DNA from: [Candidatus Thermochlorobacteriaceae] bacterium GBChlB
GTDB lineage: Bacteria; Bacteroidota; Chlorobiia; Chlorobiales; Thermochlorobacteraceae
Reading direction: 5' to 3'
NCBI GenBank assembly: GCA_000724175.1
Contig: JPGV01000010.1
Span: 61,199-125,198 of the forward strand
Length of the DNA stretch: 64,000 bases
Made by a program: the position numbers and the translations under genes. A model generated the notes under the pieces. The model made no database searches. It was not told where the DNA came from and saw only the letters and a program-made list of their open reading frames with translations. Positions 18,107 through 27,145 of the stretch are shown here, in pieces (positions within the stretch are counted from its first letter, which is position 1; each line of letters opens with the position of its first letter).

Positions 18107-19741
18107 TCAGATATTTCTCGCTGTGTTGATGACGTTCACATTGTTGAAGCGCGTTGTCGGGCAGCCGTGCGAGACCGCGCTCACTTGACTGGGCTGACCT
18201 TTGCCGTCGAAGAAACTTCCGCCCAATCGATAATCGCGCTCGTCGCACAGGGCAACGCACGAGTTCCAAAATTCCTGTGTGTTGGATTGATACGCTACAT
18301 CATTGAGCATTCCCACAATTTTACCGTTCTTGATTTCGTAGAACAGCTGCCCGCCAAATTGAAAATTGTAACGCTGTTGGTCGATGGAATACGAGCCTCG
18401 CCCAATGATGTAAATGCCTTTGTCAACATTTTTTATCAGTTCATCCACCGAAAGTTTTTCTCTTCCCGCCGCCAGCGAGACGTTCGGCATACGCTGAAAC
18501 TGTACATCAGCCCAGCTTTGTGCGTAAGAGCAACCGTGCGAGTCGTTCTGGTCAATGATGTGAACTTGGTCGCGCGTCGCTTGGTAATTCATAAGCATAC
18601 CGTCCTTGATTAAATCCCATCGTTTGGTCGGCACGCCTTCGTCGTCAAAGCCCACTGTGCCAAGTCCGTTGGGCTGCGTCTTATCCGCAAAAAAGTTTAC
18701 CAAGCTGCTACCGTATTTGAACGACTTTGATTTCCACTTCTCGAGCGTGGCGAAACTGGTGCCAGCATAGTTGGCTTCGTAGCCCAACACACGGTCGAGT
18801 TCGAGCGGATGCCCGACGGATTCGTGAATCGTTAGAAACAAGTGCGATGGGTCGAGAACCAAGTCATACTTGCCCGCCTCGACGGATTTCGCCGACAGTT
18901 TCTGTTGGGCATGTTTGGCAGCTTGAGCGGCGTCCTCGACGAGGTCGTAAGAATTTTTGTAGAGCGTCAGAAACTCGGACGAAAACTTATCGTTTGGTTT
19001 TGCATCGAGATATTCGTAGCCCATGCCCATTGGCGCAGAGAGCGCATTGCGCGTTTGGAATTTCCCATTGGCAATTGCGGTCACGGTGAAGTCGGGCCAG
19101 ATGCGATGCACATCTTGGTCGATGTATGAGCCGTCGGTCGAAGCGAAATACTTTTGTTCGTTGATAAGAAAGAGTTGCGAATTGACGAACTTCGCGCCGT
19201 TCTTCATTGCGGCAGCGTTGGCGGATAGTAAGAGGTCGACTTTCTGCGCCATCGGCACATCGAAGGCGTTTTTCTTAATTGGCGTCTTCCAGCTCTGCTC
19301 GCCTTGCCCGGCTTGCGGCGCGAGTTTGACCGGCTCTTTTTGAAGGCGCGAATTGGCTTTGGCAATCCCAGCCGCTCGCTCAGTGGCTCGTTTAATTCCA
19401 TCGGGCGTTACGGTGTTCGTCGATGCAAATCCCCATGTCCCGTTCACAATCACCCGCACACCGACGCCGAAGGACTCAGTATTCTGAATATTCTGAACCC
19501 TGTTCTCCCTCGTAAACACAGCTTGATTGAGGTATCTGCCGATGCGCACATCGCAATACGTTGCGTCGAGCGATTTTGCCGTGTTGAGCGCCACATCGGC
19601 GAGTTTCTTTTTCTCCGTTGGGTCGAGAACAATCGAGAGAGAAAACGGCTCGGTGAGATGGGCAAGCGACGCGGTTGGCAAACATACAGCGGTTGCGCCG
19701 AGTCCTGCAAGTTTCAAAAAGCGACGTCGTTGCATGGTCAA
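18107..19741 (-). CDS. TldD-like metalloprotease with a twin-arginine (Tat) signal, paralog 1
   Basis: 544 aa. N-terminus MTMQRRRFLKLAGLGATAVCLPTASLA (Tat motif RRxFLK). Zinc motif TIHESVGHPLELD. Confidence 0.85.
   Translation of the reverse strand: MTMQRRRFLKLAGLGATAVCLPTASLAHLTEPFSLSIVLDPTEKKKLADVALNTAKSLDATYCDVRIGRYLNQAVFTRENRVQNIQNTESFGVGVRVIVNGTWGFASTNTVTPDGIKRATERAAGIAKANSRLQKEPVKLAPQAGQGEQSWKTPIKKNAFDVPMAQKVDLLLSANAAAMKNGAKFVNSQLFLINEQKYFASTDGSYIDQDVHRIWPDFTVTAIANGKFQTRNALSAPMGMGYEYLDAKPNDKFSSEFLTLYKNSYDLVEDAAQAAKHAQQKLSAKSVEAGKYDLVLDPSHLFLTIHESVGHPLELDRVLGYEANYAGTSFATLEKWKSKSFKYGSSLVNFFADKTQPNGLGTVGFDDEGVPTKRWDLIKDGMLMNYQATRDQVHIIDQNDSHGCSYAQSWADVQFQRMPNVSLAAGREKLSVDELIKNVDKGIYIIGRGSYSIDQQRYNFQFGGQLFYEIKNGKIVGMLNDVAYQSNTQEFWNSCVALCDERDYRLGGSFFDGKGQPSQVSAVSHGCPTTRFNNVNVINTARNI
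19254..19474. repeat. 221-bp tract 100% identical to 21104-21324 (inside TldD-like paralog 1)
   Basis: Base-by-base comparison at a constant offset of 1850 nt. Identity breaks at 19253 (c vs t) and 19475 (c vs t). The tract encodes the shared peptide SFGVGVRVIVNGTWGFASTNTVTPDGIKRATERAAGIAKANSRLQKEPVKLAPQAGQGEQSWKTPIKKNAFDVP. Confidence 0.9.
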
Positions 19742-19944
19742 TGCGCTGGCGTGAAATTTATTTTTACGGGGAACAAACGTGCATAAAGGAATTTAACGAT
19801 TCAATCCTGAAATGCAAATGAACCACACCGAAAACATTACAGCGCAGCTTTCGGAACGCTGCGAAAGGTCCTCAGCGCAATCGGCGACGACGGCGCAATC
19901 GATATGAATGAACTATCTCGAAAAATCTTTTTGGCTTCGTTGGT

Positions 19945-21588
19945 TCAGATATTTCTCGCTGTATTGATGACATTCACGCTCTTGAAGCGCGCCGTGGCAC
20001 TGCCATGCGAGACGGCGTTGCTTTGCGAGGGCTGTCCTTTGCCATCATTGAACGCGCCGCCTAATCGAAAATCGCTCTCATCGCAAATCGCCACGCACGA
20101 GTTCCAAAATTCCTGTGTGTTGGATTGATACGCCACATCTTTGAGCATCCCGACGATTTTGCCGTTCTTGATTTCGTAGAACAACTGCCCACCGAATTGA
20201 AAATTGTAACGCTGTTGGTCAATCGAGAACGAGCCGTCGCCGATGATGTAAATGCCTTTTTCGACGTCTTTGATAATCTCCTCGGGCGACAGTTTTTGTT
20301 TGCCTGCGGCGAGCGAAACGTTTGGCATACGCTGAAACTGCACATCAGCCCAACTTTGCGCGTAGCAACAGCCGTGCGACTCTTGTTGGTCAATAAGTTG
20401 CACTTGGTCGCGAATTGCTTGATAATTGACCAGAATACCGTCCTTGATTAAATCCCACCGTTTGGTCGGCACGCCCTCGTCGTCCCAGCCCACATAGCCG
20501 AGCGACCCTTCTTGTCGTTTGTCAGCAAAGAGCGTTACAATCGGCGAGCCGTATTTGAACGATTTTGATTTCCACTTCTCGAGCGTGGCGAAACTCGTTC
20601 CCGCGTAGTTGGCTTCGTAGCCCAAGACACGGTCAAGCTCGGTCGGATGTCCGACCGATTCGTGAATCGTGAGCCAAAGGTGCGACGGATCGAGAATCAA
20701 GTCATACTTGCCCGCCTCGACGGATTTCGCCGCGAGTTTTTCCTGAACTTGTTTTGCCGCCGATTTGACATCCTCGAGCATATCGTAGCGCTTTTTGTAA
20801 AGCGTCGTTACGCCGCCTGCGCCTTGCTGTTTTTCCGACGCATCGCCGTCGAGGTATTCGTAACCCATGCCGCACGGCATTGAAAGCGCATTGCGCGTTT
20901 GGAATTTGCGCGTGGCAATGTCGATGCCAGTAACGGTGAAGGTCGGGTAAATGCGGTGAATGTCTTGGTCGATGTATGAGCCGTCGGTCGAAGCGAAATA
21001 CTTTTGTTCGTTAATCATAAACATTTGGGAGTTCACGAAGCGCACGCCTAACTTCATTGCTTCGGCATTGACGGCAAGCAAGAGCTTGACCTTCTCGGCA
21101 ATTGGCACATCGAAGGCGTTTTTCTTAATTGGCGTCTTCCAGCTCTGCTCGCCTTGCCCGGCTTGCGGCGCGAGTTTGACCGGCTCTTTTTGAAGGCGCG
21201 AATTGGCTTTGGCAATCCCAGCCGCTCGCTCAGTGGCTCGTTTAATTCCATCGGGCGTTACGGTGTTCGTCGATGCAAATCCCCATGTCCCGTTCACAAT
21301 CACCCGCACACCGACGCCGAAGGATTGCGAGTTTGCAATGCCCTGCACGCGGTCTTCGCGCGTGAAAATCGCCTGATTCAAGTTGCGATTGATGCGCACA
21401 TCGCAATACGTTGCGCCGAGCGATTTTGCCGTGTTGAGCGCCACATCAGCGAGTTTCTTTTTCTCTGCCGTGTCGATTATCGGCTCGCGCGATTCGGCTT
21501 CGCTAATCGGCATTGAAAAGGCGGGAAGTGGCATCAAGGCAGCACTCATACCTAAGCCTGTGAGTTTTAAGAAATCGCGTCGTTGCAT
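19945..21588 (-). CDS. TldD-like metalloprotease with a Tat signal, paralog 2 (tandem duplicate)
   Basis: Likely starts at the ATG at 21588 (MQRRDFLKLTGLGMSAALMPLPAFS), not at the 21678 start in the track. HESVGHPTELD motif. High identity to paralog 1 throughout. Confidence 0.85.
   Translation of the reverse strand: MQRRDFLKLTGLGMSAALMPLPAFSMPISEAESREPIIDTAEKKKLADVALNTAKSLGATYCDVRINRNLNQAIFTREDRVQGIANSQSFGVGVRVIVNGTWGFASTNTVTPDGIKRATERAAGIAKANSRLQKEPVKLAPQAGQGEQSWKTPIKKNAFDVPIAEKVKLLLAVNAEAMKLGVRFVNSQMFMINEQKYFASTDGSYIDQDIHRIYPTFTVTGIDIATRKFQTRNALSMPCGMGYEYLDGDASEKQQGAGGVTTLYKKRYDMLEDVKSAAKQVQEKLAAKSVEAGKYDLILDPSHLWLTIHESVGHPTELDRVLGYEANYAGTSFATLEKWKSKSFKYGSPIVTLFADKRQEGSLGYVGWDDEGVPTKRWDLIKDGILVNYQAIRDQVQLIDQQESHGCCYAQSWADVQFQRMPNVSLAAGKQKLSPEEIIKDVEKGIYIIGDGSFSIDQQRYNFQFGGQLFYEIKNGKIVGMLKDVAYQSNTQEFWNSCVAICDESDFRLGGAFNDGKGQPSQSNAVSHGSATARFKSVNVINTARNI
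21104..21324. repeat. 221-bp tract 100% identical to 19254-19474 (inside TldD-like paralog 2)
   Basis: See the partner feature at 19254-19474. Confidence 0.9.
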
Positions 21589-21688
21589 GTTTGTAGATTT
21601 TTGACGTGAAAAACAAACGATTTTTTTTACGGAGGAAATGTGCCTTCGCGAATTTAACAATCGCACACTGAAAAGCAAGGCTGCCGTG

Positions 21689-23122
21689 TTATGGCGCTTT
21701 GATTGTTAGCGATGCCTTGCTCTCGTTACCACATCGGTCAATGGCTGTCAAGAAAAACTCGTTGATCGACGCGGCTTCAACGACCACGCTCGATGCAGCG
21801 ATATGCTGAAGGTGCAGTGCGCTCGATGTTGCATTTTTTCGATACACATTCACCCAACGCACATTGCTGCGCGGCGTCCATGACAACGTAAGCGAGTCGC
21901 CTCGCCTCTCGATGGCGATGTTTTCAGGTGGCAACGGCGGTTCGGCGCGCTTCCATGTCATTGGCGGAATCATCGCGCGCTGCTCAAACGAAATGCCCGC
22001 ACTTGCGGAATACGGATAAAAGACGACGCCCTCCGCGCCGAACTTTCTGGCAATCTCGACCTGCGCTTTCCACTCCGACTTAATCGCTGGCTTATAGATG
22101 CCGATGCCGATGTAGAGATGCCGAAAGTGTTTATTCTTGCACCATTCCTCGACAAGTTTTTCAAATGGCGGATTGAACTGCTTTAACGCGGCGTCGCTGG
22201 GCGTTGTCCGCCCGATGTGATAGTAGAGTTGCGGCGCAAGGTAATCACACCATTTGCGCGCCGTCCATGCCCGCGAATCTTGATAGACGTCGCTGTAGCT
22301 TTCCAGCACAGGCGTTGCATCAATGCGTCGATACACGCCAATCGGTGTAACGCCGAATTTCAGGCATGGCTTTATGGTGAGCAAGGTGTCGTGCAATGTG
22401 CCGACAAACGCCGTTATCGTTTCGCGCCGCCAGTCTGCAAGCGGCAAGCGGTTGGGATTTTGATTTCTAAATTCCGCGTCGTCGTCAAATTCTTTTTGCG
22501 GGTAACGCAGGTAATCGTCCAATTGAATGCCATCGACATCGTAGCGCGTGGCGAAATCTACGATTAACGCAATAAGGTGATTTTGAACAGGTTTGCTTGC
22601 AGGATTCAGAAACGCCGTTTCTTGGTCAGGATTCTTAACGGCAGTTTTATCAATCCATTCAGGGTGGCGTTCCCACAAACTCGGCACGCCGACGGATTTT
22701 TTTGTCGAGTTTCTGCCGCGCAAAATCATCGTATTGAACCACGCATGAAATTCCAAGCCGTATTTGCGCGACAGGTCGAGCGCATACTGCACCACATCAT
22801 ACTCGGGGCGTTTTCCGAAAACGCCAGTAAGATATTCGTGATACGGCTCTAACGGTGTCTCAAAGAGGACATCGGCGCGGACGCGCACTTGAAAAAACAC
22901 CGCGTTGAATTTGCGCGCGTGCAAATCTTTGAAGAGAGAATCGAGATGCGCTTTTTGCCGCTCGGCGTCGGTTGTTTTCGGAAAATCAATACCAAACGCA
23001 GTGGCAATCCACACGCCGCGCAGCTCGTATTTCGGCGCGGACACGCCACTGGGCTGAGCCGACACATGAACGGCACAGAGAATACTGATGGGGAACAGCC
23101 AAGCGACTTTTTTTAGGCTCAT
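21689..23122 (-). CDS. secreted glycosyl-hydrolase-like family 10 (GHL10 / YngK-YddW, UPF0748) protein with a C-terminal Ig/FN3-like domain
   Basis: 477 aa. Signal peptide MSLKKVAWLFPISILCAVHVSAQ. YELRGVWIATAFGIDFP and DGIQLDDYLRYP are typical of PF02638. Confidence 0.7.
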   Translation of the reverse strand: MSLKKVAWLFPISILCAVHVSAQPSGVSAPKYELRGVWIATAFGIDFPKTTDAERQKAHLDSLFKDLHARKFNAVFFQVRVRADVLFETPLEPYHEYLTGVFGKRPEYDVVQYALDLSRKYGLEFHAWFNTMILRGRNSTKKSVGVPSLWERHPEWIDKTAVKNPDQETAFLNPASKPVQNHLIALIVDFATRYDVDGIQLDDYLRYPQKEFDDDAEFRNQNPNRLPLADWRRETITAFVGTLHDTLLTIKPCLKFGVTPIGVYRRIDATPVLESYSDVYQDSRAWTARKWCDYLAPQLYYHIGRTTPSDAALKQFNPPFEKLVEEWCKNKHFRHLYIGIGIYKPAIKSEWKAQVEIARKFGAEGVVFYPYSASAGISFEQRAMIPPMTWKRAEPPLPPENIAIERRGDSLTLSWTPRSNVRWVNVYRKNATSSALHLQHIAASSVVVEAASINEFFLTAIDRCGNESKASLTIKAP

Positions 23123-24414
23123 ACTTCTCGGAGGTATCCCCAGTTGTGCAAGCGGTCGCTATCCTCATACCAACGGTCGCCGATGTCGGTGCGGTAATAC
23201 ATATTCGGAATGACAATGTTTTTGATTTTGCCATAAGCCGACGCCTGCGCTTGTTTCATCGTTGCGCCCAGACCGACGACGACCAACACGACGCCCGATG
23301 TTCCCGCAATCAGCCATTGCCCGTTCACTTGCTTCACGTCCTCGATGTGAATCTCCTCGCGCACAGGTTTCTTAAAGACAATCGCCGCATTTTTCGAGTA
23401 TGCCTCGAAGGTCTCTTTGTCATCGAAGGGAAAGGGCGGCACAACAATTCGGACGCCGACTTGAAAGCCGCTTTTGACTTTGAGTTTCGGGTTGTTGCCC
23501 AGCGCAAGGTCGTAAAAAAATTGTCCGATGGGCGTTACCATGCCCTCTTGTTGAATCATAATCGCTGGGTAGCCGAACCGCGCTGTAAATTCAAGCGGGT
23601 AGATGCCGTTGGCATTGACGATGCAGTTCAGATCAATGCTGCCGACATAGCCTTCTTCGGCAAGTTTCGGTTCTAACTTTTTCAGTGTTGCGTTAAAGAG
23701 TTTATTTGGCGGCGACCAGAACACGCTTGTTCCCATTTCTCCCGTGCTGGGACCGATGTTGCCCGGAAAGAGTTTCTTATGTTCAAAGTTGATGTTGATG
23801 GGGTAAATAAATTCTTTGCCGTTGAAGAACGCTGTGATGGCAACCTCGACGCCCGTTACGCGGCGCTGCAATTGGAACTGCTTGATTTCATCGGAGAACG
23901 CGCGTTTGTAGGCTTCCATCACGCGAATGATGTCTTGTCCGTCGTCCTCTTCGCCGACGAAGAGCAAGCGCTTGACATTTTGCGCCTCGCCTGAGGGTTT
24001 GAACACATATCGACTGGGATTGTCTTGCACGAAGGCAATCGCGTCGTCAAACGACGTGAAATCTTGATACGGAATGATGCTCACGCCAGCTTTCTTCAAT
24101 TCTTCCTGACCAAACGAGCGGTCGTCCTCGAGTTTATCTGTATAAGCCGTGCCGCCAATGACAAGTTTGCCTTGTTTGCGCAGCGCAGCCGCTTTTTCGC
24201 CCTGACCAAGCACATCGTCGAAGACAATTACATCTGCCCAATCGATTTCTTTTTGCCAGTCATCGGTTTTCGGCACGAAGCCATCGGCAATGTCGCGCTC
24301 CGATTCTTGCTCGATGAAATACTTGACCTCGTGTCCCTCTTTGACAATTTGCCAAGCGATGTCGCTGATCAGTCCGGCAATGGAGACGAATAAAAATCGC
24401 AGTTGTTTTTTCAT
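23119..24414 (-). CDS. divergent PurD-like ATP-grasp ligase (phosphoribosylamine--glycine ligase homolog)
   Basis: 431 aa. EHKKLFPGNIGPSTGEMG, LEFTARFGYPA and SGVVLVVVGLGATMKQAQASAYGKIKNIVIPNMYYRTDIG parallel the PurD motifs DHKR..GPNTGGMG, IEFNCRFGDPE and GRVL.V.ALG...EA...AY......YR.DIG. The N-terminal GGREHA motif is absent. ATGA overlap with the GHL10 start. Confidence 0.6.
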   Translation of the reverse strand: MKKQLRFLFVSIAGLISDIAWQIVKEGHEVKYFIEQESERDIADGFVPKTDDWQKEIDWADVIVFDDVLGQGEKAAALRKQGKLVIGGTAYTDKLEDDRSFGQEELKKAGVSIIPYQDFTSFDDAIAFVQDNPSRYVFKPSGEAQNVKRLLFVGEEDDGQDIIRVMEAYKRAFSDEIKQFQLQRRVTGVEVAITAFFNGKEFIYPININFEHKKLFPGNIGPSTGEMGTSVFWSPPNKLFNATLKKLEPKLAEEGYVGSIDLNCIVNANGIYPLEFTARFGYPAIMIQQEGMVTPIGQFFYDLALGNNPKLKVKSGFQVGVRIVVPPFPFDDKETFEAYSKNAAIVFKKPVREEIHIEDVKQVNGQWLIAGTSGVVLVVVGLGATMKQAQASAYGKIKNIVIPNMYYRTDIGDRWYEDSDRLHNWGYLREV

Positions 24415-24432
24415 GGTTTTTAGGCACGGGCA

Positions 24433-25236
24433 TTATCTAAATCTGACTGTAATTTTTTCCGCCGTCTCGAGCTTGATGCCCGGCACGTTGCGCATCACCT
24501 CGCGCATGGCTTCGGGACTGTTGTCGTCTTTCATCTTCCTGAGATAGCGCAGCGTCGATGTATCGGCAAACATTTTTTCAAATTCAACTTCGGCGAGCGT
24601 GATGCGGTTGCCGTCGCGCAGATGCGCGTTGGTAGAAACGATTTCGCCCTGTGGCTCAATGTATGTAGCGATTTTCATACCCCTGAAGAAGAGCCGCATC
24701 ATGGCAAGTCCCGATTCTGCCAAGCTGTCCGACGCCGCGTCTGTTGTCTCCTCGTCCGTCTTGTCCTGTTTTACGGTTGATGCTTTGGGCGGCATGTTAA
24801 TTACGAGCTCCGACTCCGCGCCTTTCTGAAAGGCAAACGTGGTGTAAGTTTTTTGACGCGGCGCCTCGTCGCTGGCTGTTTTTTTCTTCGACGAGACTTT
24901 CTCACCAAAATCGTCGGAGAGCTTGAGCGCACTGATGTCGGAGAATTTGTAGACGACCGTGTAGCCGTCAAAGTCGTCGGTAGAGACTTTTTTCGAGGAG
25001 ACGTATTCCACGCCGTTGCCAAGCTCTGCCGCTTCTTTTTTGAGCTGCGTGGGATTATGGAACGGCTCTTTTTTCTTCTTGCCCGATTGTTGCATTTCCA
25101 GCGCAGCTTTGCTTATCAGAAACGTTTGCTCAATCGTCCCGCTTCCGTCAGGCTTGACTTTTACTTTGGTCGTTACGTCAAAACAGCCTGCAAGAACGAC
25201 GGCGCAACAGACAAACAAGACGACACACTTTTTCAT
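24433..25236 (-). CDS. hypothetical lipoprotein
   Basis: Best start is the ATG at 25236: MKKCVVLFVCCAVVLAGCFDV (lipobox LAGC). Lys/Ser/Asp-rich, with no family recognised. Confidence 0.6.
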   Translation of the reverse strand: MKKCVVLFVCCAVVLAGCFDVTTKVKVKPDGSGTIEQTFLISKAALEMQQSGKKKKEPFHNPTQLKKEAAELGNGVEYVSSKKVSTDDFDGYTVVYKFSDISALKLSDDFGEKVSSKKKTASDEAPRQKTYTTFAFQKGAESELVINMPPKASTVKQDKTDEETTDAASDSLAESGLAMMRLFFRGMKIATYIEPQGEIVSTNAHLRDGNRITLAEVEFEKMFADTSTLRYLRKMKDDNSPEAMREVMRNVPGIKLETAEKITVRFR

Positions 25237-25287
25237 AACAGTGGTTTTTTTGGTTGGCGAAGTTATTTCATTGACATAAGGCAAGAG

Positions 25288-26436
25288 TCATACAGAAACA
25301 GGTTCTTCCACAAAGGCTTTCATCACCGCCGAGACGCCGCTGCCGACCTCAAACGGGTGATTGATTTTTTTGAGCGTTAGTTCCAACGCACCGATAACGG
25401 TCAGCATATCCAGCTCGTCGTAAAAACCCAGATGCGAGATGCGGAAAATTTTTCCAGCGTAGTCGTCTTGTCCTGCGGCTACCGTGATGCCGTTCTCCAA
25501 TTTCAAGACCTTGTTAAACGCTTTCCACTCGACGCCCTCCGGCAGCCACACGGGCGTTACAGCAAACGACGGTGAATTACTGAACAGCCGCATGCCCAAC
25601 GCCTCGCAACCCGTCCGGCACGCCGCCGAGAGCTTTTGATGACGCTTCCAGATATTTTCAATGCCCTCTTGCTTGATGAGCTGCAGCGATTCATCAAGCC
25701 CGATAATCAATGAAACGGCGGGCGTGAAGGGCGTATCGTTGTCTTTGTAGGACTTCAACGCTTTTTTGAGCGAAAGGTAGTAGCTCGGTAGCTTGGCAGT
25801 CTCTATGGCGTTCAGAGCGCGCTCAGAGAGGGCAACTAATGCGAGTCCGGGCGGCATCATTAAGCCCTTTTGCGAGCCAGTTACGCATACATCAATCTCC
25901 CAGTCATCGAAGCGCAATTCGTGCGCTCCTACTGCCGTAATGCCGTCAACGCAGACCAGCGCGTTGGAATGTTCACGAATCGCTTTTGCCATGGCCTTTA
26001 CATCGGTTGCCGTTCCGGTCGAGGTTTCGCTGTGCGTGAAATAAACCGCCTTTGCATCGGGATGTTCTTTGAGCGTTTTGATTATCTCATCGGGCTGAAC
26101 GCTGGTTCCCCATTGAACCTTGACCTCAACGCAGTTGCCCGTAAATTTTTTCGCCATATCGACCCATCGCTCGCCGAACTTGCCGCCATTAACACAAATG
26201 AGCTTATCACCGCTTGAAAACATTGATGTCATGGTAGCTTCCACGCCGCCTGTGCCAGAGCAGGTCAAGACCAAAACCGGCTGTTTGGTTTGGAAAAGAT
26301 ATTGTAAGTCTTGATGCACCCGCGTGAGAATTTCCATGAACTCCGGGTTGCGGTGGTGAATCATCGGTTGCGCCATGCGCAGCATCACTTGTTCGGGAAC
26401 GGGCGTTGGACCGGGCGTAAAAAGTCTTTTTTTCAT
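25288..26436 (-). CDS. class-V PLP aminotransferase (alanine--glyoxylate / serine--pyruvate aminotransferase family)
   Basis: 382 aa with MKKRLFTPGPTPVPEQVM, THSETSTG and the PLP-lysine context VTGSQKGLMMPPGLA. Confidence 0.85.
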   Translation of the reverse strand: MKKRLFTPGPTPVPEQVMLRMAQPMIHHRNPEFMEILTRVHQDLQYLFQTKQPVLVLTCSGTGGVEATMTSMFSSGDKLICVNGGKFGERWVDMAKKFTGNCVEVKVQWGTSVQPDEIIKTLKEHPDAKAVYFTHSETSTGTATDVKAMAKAIREHSNALVCVDGITAVGAHELRFDDWEIDVCVTGSQKGLMMPPGLALVALSERALNAIETAKLPSYYLSLKKALKSYKDNDTPFTPAVSLIIGLDESLQLIKQEGIENIWKRHQKLSAACRTGCEALGMRLFSNSPSFAVTPVWLPEGVEWKAFNKVLKLENGITVAAGQDDYAGKIFRISHLGFYDELDMLTVIGALELTLKKINHPFEVGSGVSAVMKAFVEEPVSV

Positions 26437-26465
26437 TGGCGAAGTTGGATTGAATTGAAGCGATT

Positions 26466-27022
26466 ATGACTTGCAAAGTTACGATGCAAAATGGGATTTT
26501 CGGGCGACGGGCGCAGTCAGAGGTCTTTGGTTATGGCGGTGGAGAAAGAGCGACCGACAATGTCAAGACAGGCAAACAGTTACGCACGCTGGGTCGGTTC
26601 GCCATCCGGTCGAGTCCGTCGCGTTTTCGCCCGATGGGAAGGCTTTAGCGTCGTCAGGGAACTCTGGCGGAATCATCACGCTATGGGAGGTCAAAACAGG
26701 GAAGGAAGTAAGGGGATTTGAGGGGCATCGTGATGGGGTCATATCCGTTACTTTTTCGCCCGATGGCAACACGCTTGCATCGGGAGGCACCGATGGCACA
26801 ACTCGTCTCTGGAATGTCGCCACAGGCAAGGGACTTGCAATGTTCGTCTGTTTTACCGATGGCGAATGGGTTATCTTGACGCCCGAGGGCTACTACAATG
26901 CCTCCGCCAAGGGCGACCAATACCTCAATGTCCGCGTCCGGAGTGCGGTCTATGGCATTGAAAACTACCGCGCCACGTTCATGCGTCCCGACCTTGTCCA
27001 AGCGGCGCTGTTGGGCAAGTGA
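26466..27022 (+). pseudogene. 3' remnant of a WD40-repeat gene (5' truncated and frameshifted)
   Basis: Intact WD repeats occur only from about 26590 onward (VESVAFSPDGKALASSGNSGGIITLWEVKTGKEVRGFEGHRDGVISVTFSPDGNTLASGGTDGTTRLWNVATGK). Upstream repeat fragments sit in the other two frames (GFSGDGRS in the 26491 frame; NVKTGKQLRTLG in the 26466 frame). Only about 30 nt separate it from the divergent aminotransferase start, and there is no ATG start. Confidence 0.55.
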
Positions 27023-27121
27023 GGGAATCGTTGGCAGCCGCGCCCGAGAGGGCAGGCGATGTTGGAAAGGTATGATGGACATAGGCTTGGTAAGGTAACG
27101 GCAAAGAAAATCAAGGCAGGC

Positions 27122-27145
27122 TGCTTATGTAGATGCTTATGTAGA
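27122..27145. repeat. tandem 12-bp direct repeat TGCTTATGTAGA x2
   Basis: Copies at 27122-27133 and 27134-27145 are identical. Intergenic. Confidence 0.85.

Noticed and set aside
19254-21324. The 221-bp identical sequence pair considered as copies of a mobile element or MITE
   Set aside because: Both copies lie in frame at equivalent positions of two homologous genes and lack terminal inverted repeats or target duplications. Gene conversion between paralogs explains them.
2669-27145. Short tandem repeats (2669-2713, 10750-10775, 27122-27145) considered as CRISPR or minisatellite arrays
   Set aside because: They have only 2-3 directly abutting copies of 12-15 bp, with no spacers and no cas genes. 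They are reported merely as small tandem duplications or possible operator iterations.
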